32,000 nucleotides of DNA from Mycolicibacterium smegmatis (GTDB lineage Bacteria; Actinomycetota; Actinomycetes; Mycobacteriales; Mycobacteriaceae), in NCBI RefSeq assembly GCF_001457595.1, contig NZ_LN831039.1, positions 5,520,001 through 5,552,000 on the forward strand. Direction: 5' to 3'. The notes under the pieces were generated by a model, which worked only from the letters and a program-made list of their open reading frames with translations, was not told where the DNA came from and searched no databases. A program made the translations under genes and the position numbers. Below, one piece after another: positions 31,534 through 32,000 of this stretch. Numbering within the stretch: the stretch's first letter is position 1; the number at the start of each line of letters is the position of its first letter.

Positions 31534-32000
31534 GGCAATCTACATCGGGAATCGTCTGTCCTCTACAACGGGGGACGATTGATTTCGTTTCCTTCCGCCC
31601 GAATGTCGGCGAATATCGCACATCGCAGATCGCTTGCCTGAGGCGGCTTTTGAGCGCCCCTCCAATGAATTTACTTACACTTCCGTCAGTTACACGTGTA
31701 CCAGCAGTTCTGGCAAAGAATTCCAACGGTTCTGCGCTAATGATCAACCTTTGTCCCACACGAAATCAGCAAATTGCTGCGATACAAACCGCACATGCTC
31801 ATACGCTGTGACTTAGCTCGCATTGTGCCGGTTTCGTGCCACGTCACGACCGATTGGCGGGTCGTTGCCGGACGGGTGGCTACGGATTCCGACGTACGTT
31901 CGTATGACATGCCGCGAACATCTCTCCAGCCGCTTTATTCGTATGACTTTTTCACCGACGCCGAGAGTGCAGATTCATACGCCTCCCGCGGCTTGTTGCG

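Overview
High-GC actinobacterial chromosome segment, almost certainly Mycolicibacterium (M. smegmatis-like). Gene order follows the M. tuberculosis Rv0998-Rv1016c block: lpqT end, rplY, pth, fadD/pks16-like, ispE, rsmA/ksgA, rpfB, tatD, metS, pabB, rsmI, pmt, arcA, alkB-like, DUF5642 lipoprotein, and a cAMP-binding GNAT acetyltransferase (Pat). The assignment comes from reading the proteins and from recalled synteny; no database search was run. Most of the window is ordinary conserved core. The accessory or unusual parts are: an inverted pair of 78-bp elements bracketing a two-gene divergent module; a perfect 9-bp-arm palindrome between those two genes; a Ser/Thr kinase gene placed in reverse orientation inside what is an rpfB-ksgA-ispE operon in M. 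tuberculosis, followed by a 22-bp perfect hairpin; a flavoprotein-ECF41 sigma operon preceded by an ECF41-type promoter motif; a ~115-bp direct repeat upstream of an AbiEi/DUF559-like gene; a near-consensus SOS box with a leaderless promoter at alkB; an AroE-like gene overlapping pat; and a type VII-like EspC/WXG-type pair with an unlisted small ORF. No CRISPR, transposase, phage or stable RNA gene was seen. I found no convincing entirely new defence or biosynthetic system. Many long antisense ORFs in the supplied track are GC-driven artefacts.
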